64,000 bases of DNA from Macrostomum hystrix (Eukaryota > Animalia > Platyhelminthes): NCBI GenBank assembly GCA_950097015.1, contig CATNEN010000038.1, forward strand, positions 32,054,001 through 32,118,000. Direction: 5' to 3'. Both the position numbers and the translations under genes were made by a program. Each line of letters opens with the position of its first letter. Within the stretch, counting starts at the first letter, position 1. The notes under the pieces are model-generated. The model saw nothing but the letters and a program-made list of their open reading frames with translations, was not told the DNA's origin and searched no databases. Shown piece after piece: positions 37,543 to 48,400 of the stretch.

Positions 37543-38455
37543 TGGCCGGATCGAAGCACTTCAACACCGTGGGCCATTCGCAGGCTAGAAAAGCCAGGCA
37601 AAGACAGGCCACGGTTCGATTCCTGGCGGCGAAACGATCGCCGGAGCGTCCGGCTAGACGATCTCGACGCCGTAGCTGGTGCCGCTTCAGCAGGGCGGCC
37701 CGCAGACGGCGTTGAGCCAGGAGGCTGCGCAGCAAGCGGAGGCTGCAGCCGACGAGGCACAGGCACGGGCCGCAGCTCTGGAAGACGAACAGCGCTACTC
37801 CCAGGTAGAGAAATCGATAGGCAGCTGACTCGTTGAGCTGGGCGTCCAGATGGCTGACCCGCTGGTCGGCGGTGCACACGACGACGCGAAATTCGAAAAT
37901 TCGTGGCACCGCCACCAGGCAGCTGAGACAGGCCGCCAGCGTCAGGTGCTGCCTGGCCCGACGCCCGATGTCGGCGCCCGATGCTCCGCTAGTTCCACCA
38001 GCAGCGCAGACGGCAATGAGGGCGCATCGGAAATAGCTGATGGCCACCACTGTCCAATTGCGGAGGATGTGCAGCGCGGTTCCCATGGCAACGGTGCATG
38101 TCAACAGTCCGGCCACAGCGCTGGCAGCAGTTTGGCTGGGCAATCGCAGCGAGTTACTGTCCATGGCGAAGATGAGGATCTGGTTGACGGCGAACACCGC
38201 TTGAAAGGCAGCTTCGGCCATAGACAGCGACCGTAGTAGGCGATGGAAGGCCAGCCGGGGCCTCAGCCGTAGGAATACGGCGCAGCTGAGCAGGTTGAGC
38301 AGACAGTTGACTCCGGCCAGGCAGATGACAGCGGGGAAGTAGATCCCGAGAGCCCAATGGCTGCGCATGTAGGCAGCATTGTAGAGGCTGGCATTTTCGC
38401 ATTCGTGAGTTGAGTTGCCGGCCAGAATGATTGAGTAGCTAGTCTCGGTCGTCAT
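34829..38455 (-). CDS. Rhodopsin-family (class A) GPCR, peptide/FMRFamide-receptor-like orphan
   Basis: Exon 38455-37214 has seven hydrophobic segments, N-glycosylation sites in the N-terminus, GV..LLNLLS (TM1), RNWTVVAISYFRC (TM3), PRIFE (TM4), FLACEWP (TM6), DSSINILVYY (TM7). Phase-0 donor CTG|gtgaga joins ttttttccag|ACC; exon 35092-34829 is open to TGA. Confidence 0.85.
35125..36665. repeat. 20-bp minisatellite (ctgttagacaggagtgtaaa)n
   Basis: Fills most of the GPCR intron. Confidence 0.95.
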
Positions 38456-38709
38456 AGGGATGCTTGAGAACAGTTCAGTTGCTATGCGAGCGATTCGAGA
38501 CGGGAGATTTTCATCGTAGCTGTAAGTGTGCTATATCTCTGGCTTCTCCAGTGCAGTTTCTAGGTCGGTTCTGATTGGTCCAGAGAAGAGCTAAGGAGTG
38601 TAGCGATAAAGCAGTGGACGGATTCCATCCAGTCTAGCAGATCTCGCTGATAAAGATAGGTTATTGATCATTTTCTGCTTGCTCTGTCGGTGCGTCTGTC
38701 CTGAGCCAC

Positions 38710-39118
38710 ATCCTGTTCTATCCTGTTCTATCCTGTTCTATCATGTTCTATCCTGTTCTATCCTGTTCTATCCTGTTCTATCCTGTTCTATCCTGTTCTA
38801 TCCTGTTCTATCCTGTTCTATCCTGTTCTATCCTGTTCTATCCTGTTCTATCTTGCTCTATTCTGTTCTATCCTGTTCTATCCTGTTCTATCCTGTTCTA
38901 TCCTGTTCTATCCTGTTCTATCCTGTTCTATCCTGTTCTATCCTGTTCTATCTTGCTCTATTCTGTTCTATCCTGTTCTATCCTGTTCTATCCAGTTCTA
39001 TCCTGTTCTATCCAGTTCTATCCTGTTCTATCCAGTTCTATCCTGTTCTATCCAGTTCTATCTTGCTCTATTCTGTTCTATATCATTTTATATCCTGTTC
39101 TATCCTGTTCTATCCTAT
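38710..39118. repeat. 10-bp repeat (tcctgttcta)n
   Basis: Direct tandem repeat upstream of the GPCR ATG. Confidence 0.95.
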
Positions 39119-39529
39119 TGTGTCCTTAGCATGCAGGTTATTTCTGTTCTGTGTCATATTTTGGGAGCACACCTATAATTTTTCTTGGAAATAATTTTGC
39201 TTCTAAGAAAGTCCTACCTAATTAACCTGTTCCACCCAGAAATTATTGCTTCAGCTGTAGCAAAAGTAGCTTGAATAAAACAAGACTTAGATGCGTCGCA
39301 TGCTAACGCTCAATTATTCTTGACAACCTGACTTGAAGTTTCTCAGCCTATAGCGGCAGTTTCACCTTGGCTTTGCCTGAGAGCTGAAATAGCTTGCATA
39401 GGAATGTAAGAAAACTTATCGATCATGAATAGTTCGTTATTAGCTCGTCTAGTTGCCATTAATTTTAGTTGCGACAGTTTAATATATTGCAAGGATTGAG
39501 TTCAGAACATTTACTGTGTGCTAGGACAC

Positions 39530-39940
39530 AATTAGAAAACTTTTGGAAGCATTTAGAAAAACGATTTACACTTTAGAAAACTATTTAACGCATTTAGAAA
39601 ACGGTTTAACGCATTTAGAAAACGGTTTAACACATTTAGAAAACTGTTAAACACATTTAGAAAACTGTTAAACACATTTAGAAAACTGTTAAACACATTT
39701 AGAAAACTGTTAAACACATTTAGAAAACTGTTAAACACATTTAGAAAACTGTTAAACACATTTAGAAAACTGTTAAACACACTTAGAAAACTTTTAGACA
39801 CATTTAGAATACTGGTAAACACACTTAGAAAACTTTTAGACACATTTAGAATACTGGTAAACACACTTAGAAAACTTTTAGACACATTTAGAATACTGGT
39901 AAACACATTAAGAAAACCGATAAACACATTTAGAAAACGG
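39530..39940. repeat. 21-bp minisatellite (catttagaaaactgttaaaca)n
   Basis: Direct tandem repeat with a 42-bp dimer section. Confidence 0.9.
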
Positions 39941-40028
39941 TTGGTCGGACAAATCACATTTTACTTGTGATTATGTATAGTTAACCATGTACATTCAGTG
40001 ACTTTGTTAAATATAGTGACTAATTTTA

Positions 40029-40195
40029 CAGTAGATCTACCAATAGGGGTAATTCCCCCTGACAATTTTTTGTGCTGCACCCGAGCGGAACAAACGCAAG
40101 CACACAAAACTCAAGAACATGGGCCAATTTTTTGTTGCGCATCTTCTGAAACAAGAATCAATTCGTCAGACCGTCGAGATATTCAATGGTTCTGG
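40029..40195 (+). mobile_element. Dispersed repeat, possible piggyBac-like terminal segment (copy 2)
   Basis: Shares e.g. tttttgttgcgcatcttctgaaacaagaatcaa with 14886-15050. Confidence 0.5.
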
Positions 40196-40827
40196 CCGAA
40201 GGTCAGATTTTTTTCCATAAGTGCTAGTGTATTTCATTATACACTCCTATACACGAATTAGCACTGCTAGTACACCATCGTCTTGTCTGTCAACCAATCA
40301 GTCACCACTCAACGCTGTTAGCATTCGGGCGCTGCCAAAAAATATATAAAAACTAGCGGCAAAATGGCTTGTTAGTTCTATTGTACGAGTAAATATCGTT
40401 GAACTGTAAATAGTATAACAGTATAAAATATTTTTATACTAAATTCGATGTCGCTGAAAATATTTTCTAGGTCCGATTTGATTCGTAGCCGGGCTTATTT
40501 TACCCAGTATCAATTGTATGTACAGGTATGGAGGTACGTGCTTGCATGGTGCAAGAATGAGTAAATAAGCTAATTTATATTAAGCCTTTTTTTATGAAAG
40601 AATGTGCACACAGGCACACAACCAATTTTCTGCTCCACCATATCTCTTCTCTCTCTCCTCTCTCTCCTTTTCCTACACTCCGGTGAGTGCAACTATATTA
40701 TTCACTTAAACCACTAGTTGCCATAGGTGACTAACGACGCTTTTCTGCTATACTATATCAACAGGCGGCTAAAAGGTTTTACATCAAATAGCTGTCGCTT
40801 ATCGCTATTAAATAAGATATAGTCGCC

Positions 40828-42200
40828 ATGTCCGACAGTTTAACAGACGAGCAAATAGCAGAATGCAAGGAGGTGTTCGCTCTATTCGATAAGCAGGGCC
40901 TAGGCCAGGTGCCAACCGAGTCACTGGGCCGACTGTTGCGCGCTCTGGGATATAATCCTTCTAATAAGGATGTCCAGGTGAGAGATTTTGTGACAGACGA
41001 CGATTAATGAGGAAATTGTTCTACGAGTATATCATGCCAGATTTTTGTCTACTTCTTGCCTTTGATATTGTTGACAAGAAGTTAATAAAAAGTCGAGAAG
41101 TATACTTATTATACCCGTTCTGATTAAGTTGATAAGGGTTCTAAGATTCTAAGCTTCTTAGAACATTAGTATACTAAGGCAATGATCGAACTAATGAAAA
41201 CTGATTAGCGAAGATGAGAATAAAAAAATTGATCGAGAAGAGAAGAGAAAAATGAGAGCTGTGAGATGGCATGGGGGAGTGGCGAGGAGGGCATGATAGA
41301 GGGGACAGTGAAGGGTAGAAAGATGATGGAACGGGAGATGAGATAGAAGAGAGAGGAGAGAGGAGGAATGAGAGGAGAGAGAGTACAGGAGAGGAGAGAA
41401 AAGAGAAAGGAGAAGAGATAAAGGATAAAGAGTACAGCTGGATAGATAGAGGATAGATAGAAGATAGATAGAGGAGGAGGGGAGAGAGAGGAGGAGGGGA
41501 GAGAGAGGAGGAGGGGAGAGAGAGGAGGAGGGGAGAGAGAGGAGGAGGGGAGAGAGAGGAGGAGGGGAGAGAGAGGAGGAGGGGAGAGAGAGGAGGAGGG
41601 GAGAGAGAGGAGGAGGGGAGAGAGAGGAGGAGGGGAGAGAGAGGAGGAGGGGAGAGAGAGGAGGAGGGGAGAGAGAGGAGGAGGGGAGAGAGAGGAGGAG
41701 GGGAGAGAGAGGAGGAGGGGAGAGAGAGGAGGAGGGGAGAGAGAGGAGGAGGGGAGAGAGAGGAGGAGGGGAGAGGGGGACAGTAGGACAGAAAAAGCAA
41801 AAACGACGAGCTTTTTAGAGATTGTAGGACAGGATTCGAATCGAAACACATTGCAGCCAAAATTACCAGCCAGCATGCAACCCACGGCGCATTGCAGGAG
41901 ATGATCGTTGAAGTGGCTGCCGAATCTGGAGACGTCATCGATTTTACCACCTTCAGCGATCTTGTTGGCAAGAAACTGTCAGCGGTTTCCACCTCCGAGG
42001 ACACCCTGGAGGAGGCGTTCCGGGCTCTGGATCGTCAGCTGACTGGCCGGCTAAAGGCGGCCGATCTCAGGGTGCTGCTGACCAACATGGGCGAATGCCT
42101 GACGGAGGAGGAGGTCGAGGAGATGATGCAGGAGGCTCAAGTGGGGCCGAAGGGCGAGTTCGACTACAGAGAATTCACCCGGCTGGTGCTGTCTAAGTAG
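40828..42200 (+). CDS. Calmodulin-like / myosin light chain-like EF-hand protein (150 aa)
   Basis: Exons 40828-40977 (MSDSLTDEQIAECKEVFALFDKQGLGQV..LGRLLRALGYNPS) and 41898-42200 (..IDFTTF..LEEAFRALDR..LRVLLTNMGECLTEEEVEEMMQEA..FDYREF), phase 0. Confidence 0.9.
41470..41778. repeat. 17-bp purine minisatellite (agaggaggaggggagag)n
   Basis: Intron of the EF-hand gene. Confidence 0.9.
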
Positions 42201-42879
42201 CGACTGTGGCCTTTTAATAATAGTACATAAAGTAGTAATTATATGAGAGGACATTTATTGACAATTATATTCGAGACCCGACAATTATAGCAGTTTGTTA
42301 TGCGGATCTCAAACGAATACATGCTAATTGAACAGTGTTGGTTACGCGTCCTACGAGCGTATGTACGGGAAATCACGCTCTTCTGAGTAACAATATATTG
42401 AATCATTTTTACTTTCTACTCCATTATACTTGTAGGAACGTAAGATGCTTTTAGTGCTACTGAGAAGGACAGGAAATAAAGCTAAAAGCTTCCCATTTTA
42501 AAAGAAGAAAACACAGTTCTAATGTACGAACTGCATCAAATTCTGGAAGGAGAGTGTAAGTGTTTCTCTCGACCGGAATAGCAACTAAAGTGAAGTGGCT
42601 TTAGCGTCCGAGGGAATTTAAGCTCGCAGTCAGAAAAACTTGTAGGAATAATGTTCTATCTTCCGAGAATCGTTATAATGTGGAAATTTTTTAACGATCT
42701 GCAAAGGCCACGTGATTTACTGAACTTTACTTGACTTTTGCTGCAGGAAGCGCGTCTTCCGCGGATGCAGCACGCGGAGGCGTCGCCACCCATTCCGTTA
42801 CGCTAATATCAAGATCTGCATGCGGTGTCGCGTGGGGGATACGGTGATGCTGGCTCGCCCGGTTGCCCTTTAGGTATCG

Positions 42880-43260
42880 AACGAGCTGGCAGATATTATT
42901 CTCAGAATGTCTGAAAACGCGGAGAAGTCCGGGTTTGGGCGAGGTAGGTGAAGCCTGTCCTGAGCTGTAAATGCGGGGTAGTCACAAAAGAAATGCTCCG
43001 CATTCTCTACTTAGGTGAGGCAGAAAGGCCACTCGTCACTCAGGATTTTACCTTGCAGGTATAGCGATGTATAGTGAAAAAGTCATGGCCAGAGATCGGG
43101 CCACTGTGGCTGGCCTGGTGTTTCTGCGGTTGAGACCAATCAAGGGCTGACAGAGGGTAGTGGATGGACAAGGAACAGCAGCGCAAGACTGCCGAGAATC
43201 GGCGGTGTTGATTCACCTTTGCTTCGAGGACACCCGCTGAGCTGCTGTTTCGTGGAAAAT
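42880..43260 (-). mobile_element. Degraded non-LTR retrotransposon (LINE ORF2 C-terminal) fragment; boundaries approximate
   Basis: On - across a frameshift: ISGHDFF..HRY then WPFCLT*VENAEHFFCDYPAF (about 43100-42965), resembling the xGH...C..C...E...HFLC.CP knuckle at the end of LINE ORF2. Confidence 0.45.
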
Positions 43261-43688
43261 TTCCGGAATAGTTAGGTTACGCGTTCTTGATTTGGCACGA
43301 TTTAAAAAATCATAACGGCGTGCACACAAAATTCATTAAGACAACCGAGCGAACGAGATTACTGATTAAGGTCACCGGCGTCATTTTTCAAACTGTTAAC
43401 TTATTATAATAAATTTATATAAACTTTTATTTATTCAATTGCCTAATTGTGATTGGTACCAAAGCCTAAGGCAAGCCTTATTGACCAAATCAGTTTATTT
43501 TAATTTTGATAATTTAAAATAAATTAATAGCTATACAACAGGCTGCCTATTAATAGTGATTGTTTATTGCTTTTATAATCACAATAGCTTAATAGATATT
43601 TTTTAATATCTAAAATTACTAACAATATTAATATAGTTAGCCACTGTAGCAATCTAGCCTAGAACATTTAGTAGGCCTAGTTTAAAAA

Positions 43689-44237
43689 GGCAGAGCTTAT
43701 TCCCACGGTCCCATGCCTATAATTTCAATTTTATCCACATGGATCCGTGCCGATAATTTTCTGCTTATCCACACGGCAGCTTGTATGAATAGGTCTAAAA
43801 CTCTTTATATAAATATGCCGTGCCATTAATTTCAATTTTATCCACACCGACATTAATGTCATCCTTTTTAATTATTGTAATAACAACTTACTAAATATTT
43901 TGTCATTGTTACATGTTTTCATTCGAATTGTATTGACTTAAAAAAGTAAGAAGTCTATCTAAGAAAATCATACGAGTCAACCAGCAGAATTCTAGTCAGC
44001 ACCAAACTTGTCACACATATTATAAATCATTGTTATTCTTTTACACTATGCATTGATAGTGTACACTATACACTATACTCTGAAGCAAAAGCCTTATGCT
44101 CAGAGAAGTATAGGTAGGGACTTAAAGGTAGAACTATTCATACAAGCTGCCATGTGGATAAGCAGAAAATTATCGGCACAGATCCGTGTGGATAAAATTG
44201 AAATTAACGGCATGGGACCATGAGAATAAGCACTTCC
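43689..44237. mobile_element. MITE-like element with ~100-bp imperfect terminal inverted repeats
   Basis: 43689-43792 (ggcagagcttattcccacgg...ggcagcttgtatgaatag) is the reverse complement of about 44134-44237; partial third copy at about 43817-43848. Confidence 0.8.
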
Positions 44238-44504
44238 ATTAAAAAAACAGTTTTACTTGCATTGTAAAATAAATTTAAACAAAACAAAGTGTAGGAGCTA
44301 TTTTAACTCTCTAATATAAAGATTTTTCTAGCTATTAATCTCTAGGCATACTATACTGTACATAAAAGCTTTAAATTTCTTGAAATCTATTCCATATTAT
44401 TATTGTGTACTATGTCTAATGAAAAGATTGAAAAACAAAAAAGGCTTAAAGAACAGGTCCATAGTTTTCTATAAGCTATATTTTTACCTTTCATTCAGTG
44501 ACTA

Positions 44505-45303
44505 ATCTAGCCCTCAACTACTTTTTATCACAAATCCAGCTCTTACCCATTTACTAATCCAGCCCTCACCCACTCACTAATCCAGCCCTCACCCACTCAC
44601 TAATCCAGCCCTCACCTAATCACTAATCCAGCCCTCACCTAATCACTAATCCAGCCCTCACCTAATCACTAATCCAGCCCTCACCTAATCACTAATCCAG
44701 CCCTCCCCCACTCACTAATCCAGCCCTCACCTAATCACTAATCCAGCCCTCATCCAATCACTAATCCAGCCCTCACCTAATCACTAATCCAGCCCTCACC
44801 CAATCACTAATCCAGCCCTCACCCACTCACTAATCCAGCCCTCACCTAATCACTAATCCAGCCCTCACCCAATCACTAATCCAGCCCTCACCTAATCACT
44901 AATCCAGCCCTCACCCAATCACTAATCCAGCCCTCACCCAATCACTAATCCAGCCCTCACCCAATCACTAATCCAGCCCTCACCTAATCACTAATCCAGC
45001 CCTCACCTAATCACTAATCCAGCCCTCACCTAATCACTAATCCAGCCCTCCCCCACTCACTAATCCAGCCCTCACCTAATCACTAATCCAGCCCTCATCC
45101 AATCACTAATCCAGCCCTCACCTAATCACTAATCCAGCCCTCACCCAATCACTAATCCAGCCCTCACCCACTCACTAATCCAGCCCTCACCTAATCACTA
45201 ATCCAGCCCTCACCTAATCACTAATCCAGCCCTCACCTAATCACTAATCCAGCCCTCACCTAATCACTAATCCAGCCCTCACCTAATCACTAATCCAGCC
45301 CTC
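44505..45303. repeat. 23-bp minisatellite (cactaatccagccctcacctaat)n
   Basis: Ends about 45 nt before an acceptor-like ttacttttcag (45350) upstream of PRMT7. Confidence 0.95.
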
Positions 45304-45464
45304 AACTTCTGAAAGCTACAAGGGAACAAGTTAAATTCATTACTTTTCAGTTCCGATCAAGCTTTAAGTTGTACGAATTCTTGCTCCATCGGACCATCGC
45401 ACATCCTAACCATCCTACTAACAGCGGCAGTAGCAGTTTTTACCCAATAAAACCGCTAAGTAAA

Positions 45465-48400
45465 ATGTCTCACCAACAGTCTTCGGAGCAGTTGCAGTTT
45501 GTTAACCGGCTTAATCCGGTCACCGGCGAAATGGAGTGGTGCCTTCTGCCCATAGACTACGATTATAGACAGGAGATCGCCTGCTCCGCCTACGGAGATA
45601 TGCTGCACGATACGGCTAGGAATAAGGCCTATTTCTCTGCACTTCGCAGAGCTATAAATCGGATGCCTAAGCCTATTAGAGTGCTCGATATAGGCACTGG
45701 TGGGTTTTTCTAGTGTTTTTGAGTTGTTCGAATTCAATACTTTACTTTATTAGGGTCAGATAAATAAAAATGTGTTTTGAATTGTTATACCTGGCTATAG
45801 TTGGCTTAGTGTACTTTGTTATTTAATGATAAACCAATCAAGTGCAAGCTACGAAAACTCTTAAGCAGCGATTGAGTTCAAAGGATGATGACCTTGGGCA
45901 AATGCTTAAAGGATGACCTTCAGACTAGATGACCTTCAGACTAGATGACCTTCAGACTAGATGACCTTCAGACTAGATGACCATCAGACTAGATGACCGT
46001 CCTTCAGACAAAATGACCTTCAGACTAGATGACCATCAGACTAGATGACCTTCAGACTAGATGACCTTCAGACTAGATGACCTTCAGACTAGATGACCTT
46101 CAGACTAGATGACCATCAGACTAGATGACCTTCAGACTAGATGACCTTCAGACTAGATGACCTTCAGACTAGATGACCATCAGACTAGATGACCTTCAGA
46201 CAAGATGACCTTCAGACTAGATGACCTTCAGACTAGATGACCTTCAGACAAGATGACCTTCAGACTAGATGACCTTCAGACTAGATGACCTTCAGACTAG
46301 ATGACCTTCAGACTGGATGACCTTCAGACTGGATGACCTTCAGACTAGATGACCTTCAGACTGGATGACCTTCAGACTAGATGACCATCAGACTAGATGA
46401 CCATCAGACTAGATGACCATCAGACTGGATGACCTTCAGACTGGATGACCTTCAGACTAGATGACCTTCAGACTGGATGACCTTCAGACTAGATGACCTT
46501 CAGACTAGATGACCTTCAGACTGGATGACCATCAGACTAGATGACCTTCAGACTAGATGACCATCAGACTGGATGACCATCAGACTAGATGACCTTCAGA
46601 CTAGATGACCATCAGACTAGATGACCATCAGACTAGATGACCTTCAGACAAGATGACCTTCAGACTGGATGACCATCAGACTAGATGACCTTCAGACTAG
46701 ATGACCTTCAGACTAGATGACCTTCAGACTAGATAACCTTCAGACTAGATGACCTTCAGACTAGATGACCATCAGACTAGATGACCATCAGACAAGATGA
46801 CCTTCAGACTAGACGACTTTGAGCTAATTAGTTGAAAATGAGTAGATAATCTTTAACTAAAGAAGTTTAATATTCAAACAAGCACCGTGTGTACCAAGAC
46901 TTTCGAATTTACCTTGTATTTCCGTAAAAAATTATCCACAGGCAGCGGACTGCTCAGCATGATGGCAGCCAGTCTGGGCGCAGATTCTGTCACAGCGTGC
47001 GAAGCTTTCGAGCCTGTGGCAGCTTGCGCCCAGCGAGTCATTGCTGCTAACGGATTTCTGAGCACAAATGGAGGTACGGGCTATAGCTAGAGTACTTAAA
47101 AATTACAGATCTTTTATTTTAACAGATTACTAAAGTTCATACAATGACTTGACAGTTCAGGAAGTGGTTAGACAGTTCAGGAAGTGGTTAGACAGTTCAG
47201 GAAGTGGTTAGACAGTTCAGGAAGTGGTTTGACAGTTCAGGAAGTGGTTAGGCAGTTCAGGAAGTGGTTAGGCAGTTCAGGAAGTGGTTAGGCAGTTCAG
47301 GAAGTGGTTAGACAGTTCAGGAAGTGGTTAGACAGTTCAGGAAGTGGTTAGACAGTTCAGGATGTGGTTAGACAGTTCAGGAAGTGTTAAGTCGGTTTAT
47401 AAAGTACTTAATTGCCGGATGCATTTAAAAAGTTGTAAAATTCAACAATTGTATTTTTTTAAACGCAGGCAATAGTGGAGTCAAATTAGTTGCCAAGCGT
47501 TCAACAGACGTAGACGCCAATAAAGATTTGGTTAACGGCGAGAGGGCGAATCTACTCGTAGCCGAACTATTCGACACCGAGCTCATTGGCGAAGGCGCTC
47601 TACAATCGTTTGAAGATGCCGCTAAGCGTTTGTTAACTCCGGACGCTGTTGTGCTGCCCTGGGAGGGCCGGCTCCGCTGTGCGCTGTTCCAATCGGATTC
47701 CCTGGCCAGATATCACTATCTACAGGTTAGTCCTCATGGACTTGAGAGAGAGAATAGTGGAGAGTGACGACCAGAAATCGGAGAGTGCAGTAGTGAAATC
47801 GGAGTGACTAGAGAAATTGGAGAGTGACTAGAGAAATCGGAGAGTGCAGTAGTGAAATCGGAGTGACTAGAGAAATTGGAGAGTGACTAGAGAAATCGGA
47901 GAGTGCAGTAGTGAAATCGGAGTGACTAGAGAAATTGGAGAGTGACTAGAGAAATCGGAGAGTGACTAGAGAAATCGGAGAGTGATTAGAGAAATCGGAG
48001 AGTGACTAGAGAAATCGGAGAGTGACTAGAGAAATCGGAGAGTGATTAGAGAAATCGGAGAGTGACTAGAGAAATCTGAGAGTGACTAGAGAAATCGGAG
48101 AGTGATTAGGGAAATCGGAGAGTGACTAGGGAAATCGGAGAGTGACTAGGGAAATCGGAGAGTGACTAGGGAAATCGGAGAGTGACTAGAGAAATCGGAG
48201 AGTGATTAGGGAAATCGGACAGTGATTAGGAAAATCGGAAAGTGACTAGAGAACTCGAAAGGTGACTAGGGAAATCGGAGAGTGACTAGTGAAATCGGAG
48301 AGTGACTAGAGAAATCGGACAGTGATTATAGAAATCGGAGAGTGACTAGAGAAATCGGAGAGTGACTAGAGAAATCGGAGAGTGACTAGAGAAATCGGAG

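Noticed and set aside
37245-38402. Overlapping and antisense ORFs in the GPCR exon
   Set aside because: Shadow frames of a GC-rich coding exon.
44505-45303. Telomere-like repeat
   Set aside because: Contains cctaa/ccctca words, but the unit is a 23-mer rather than (TTAGGG)n.
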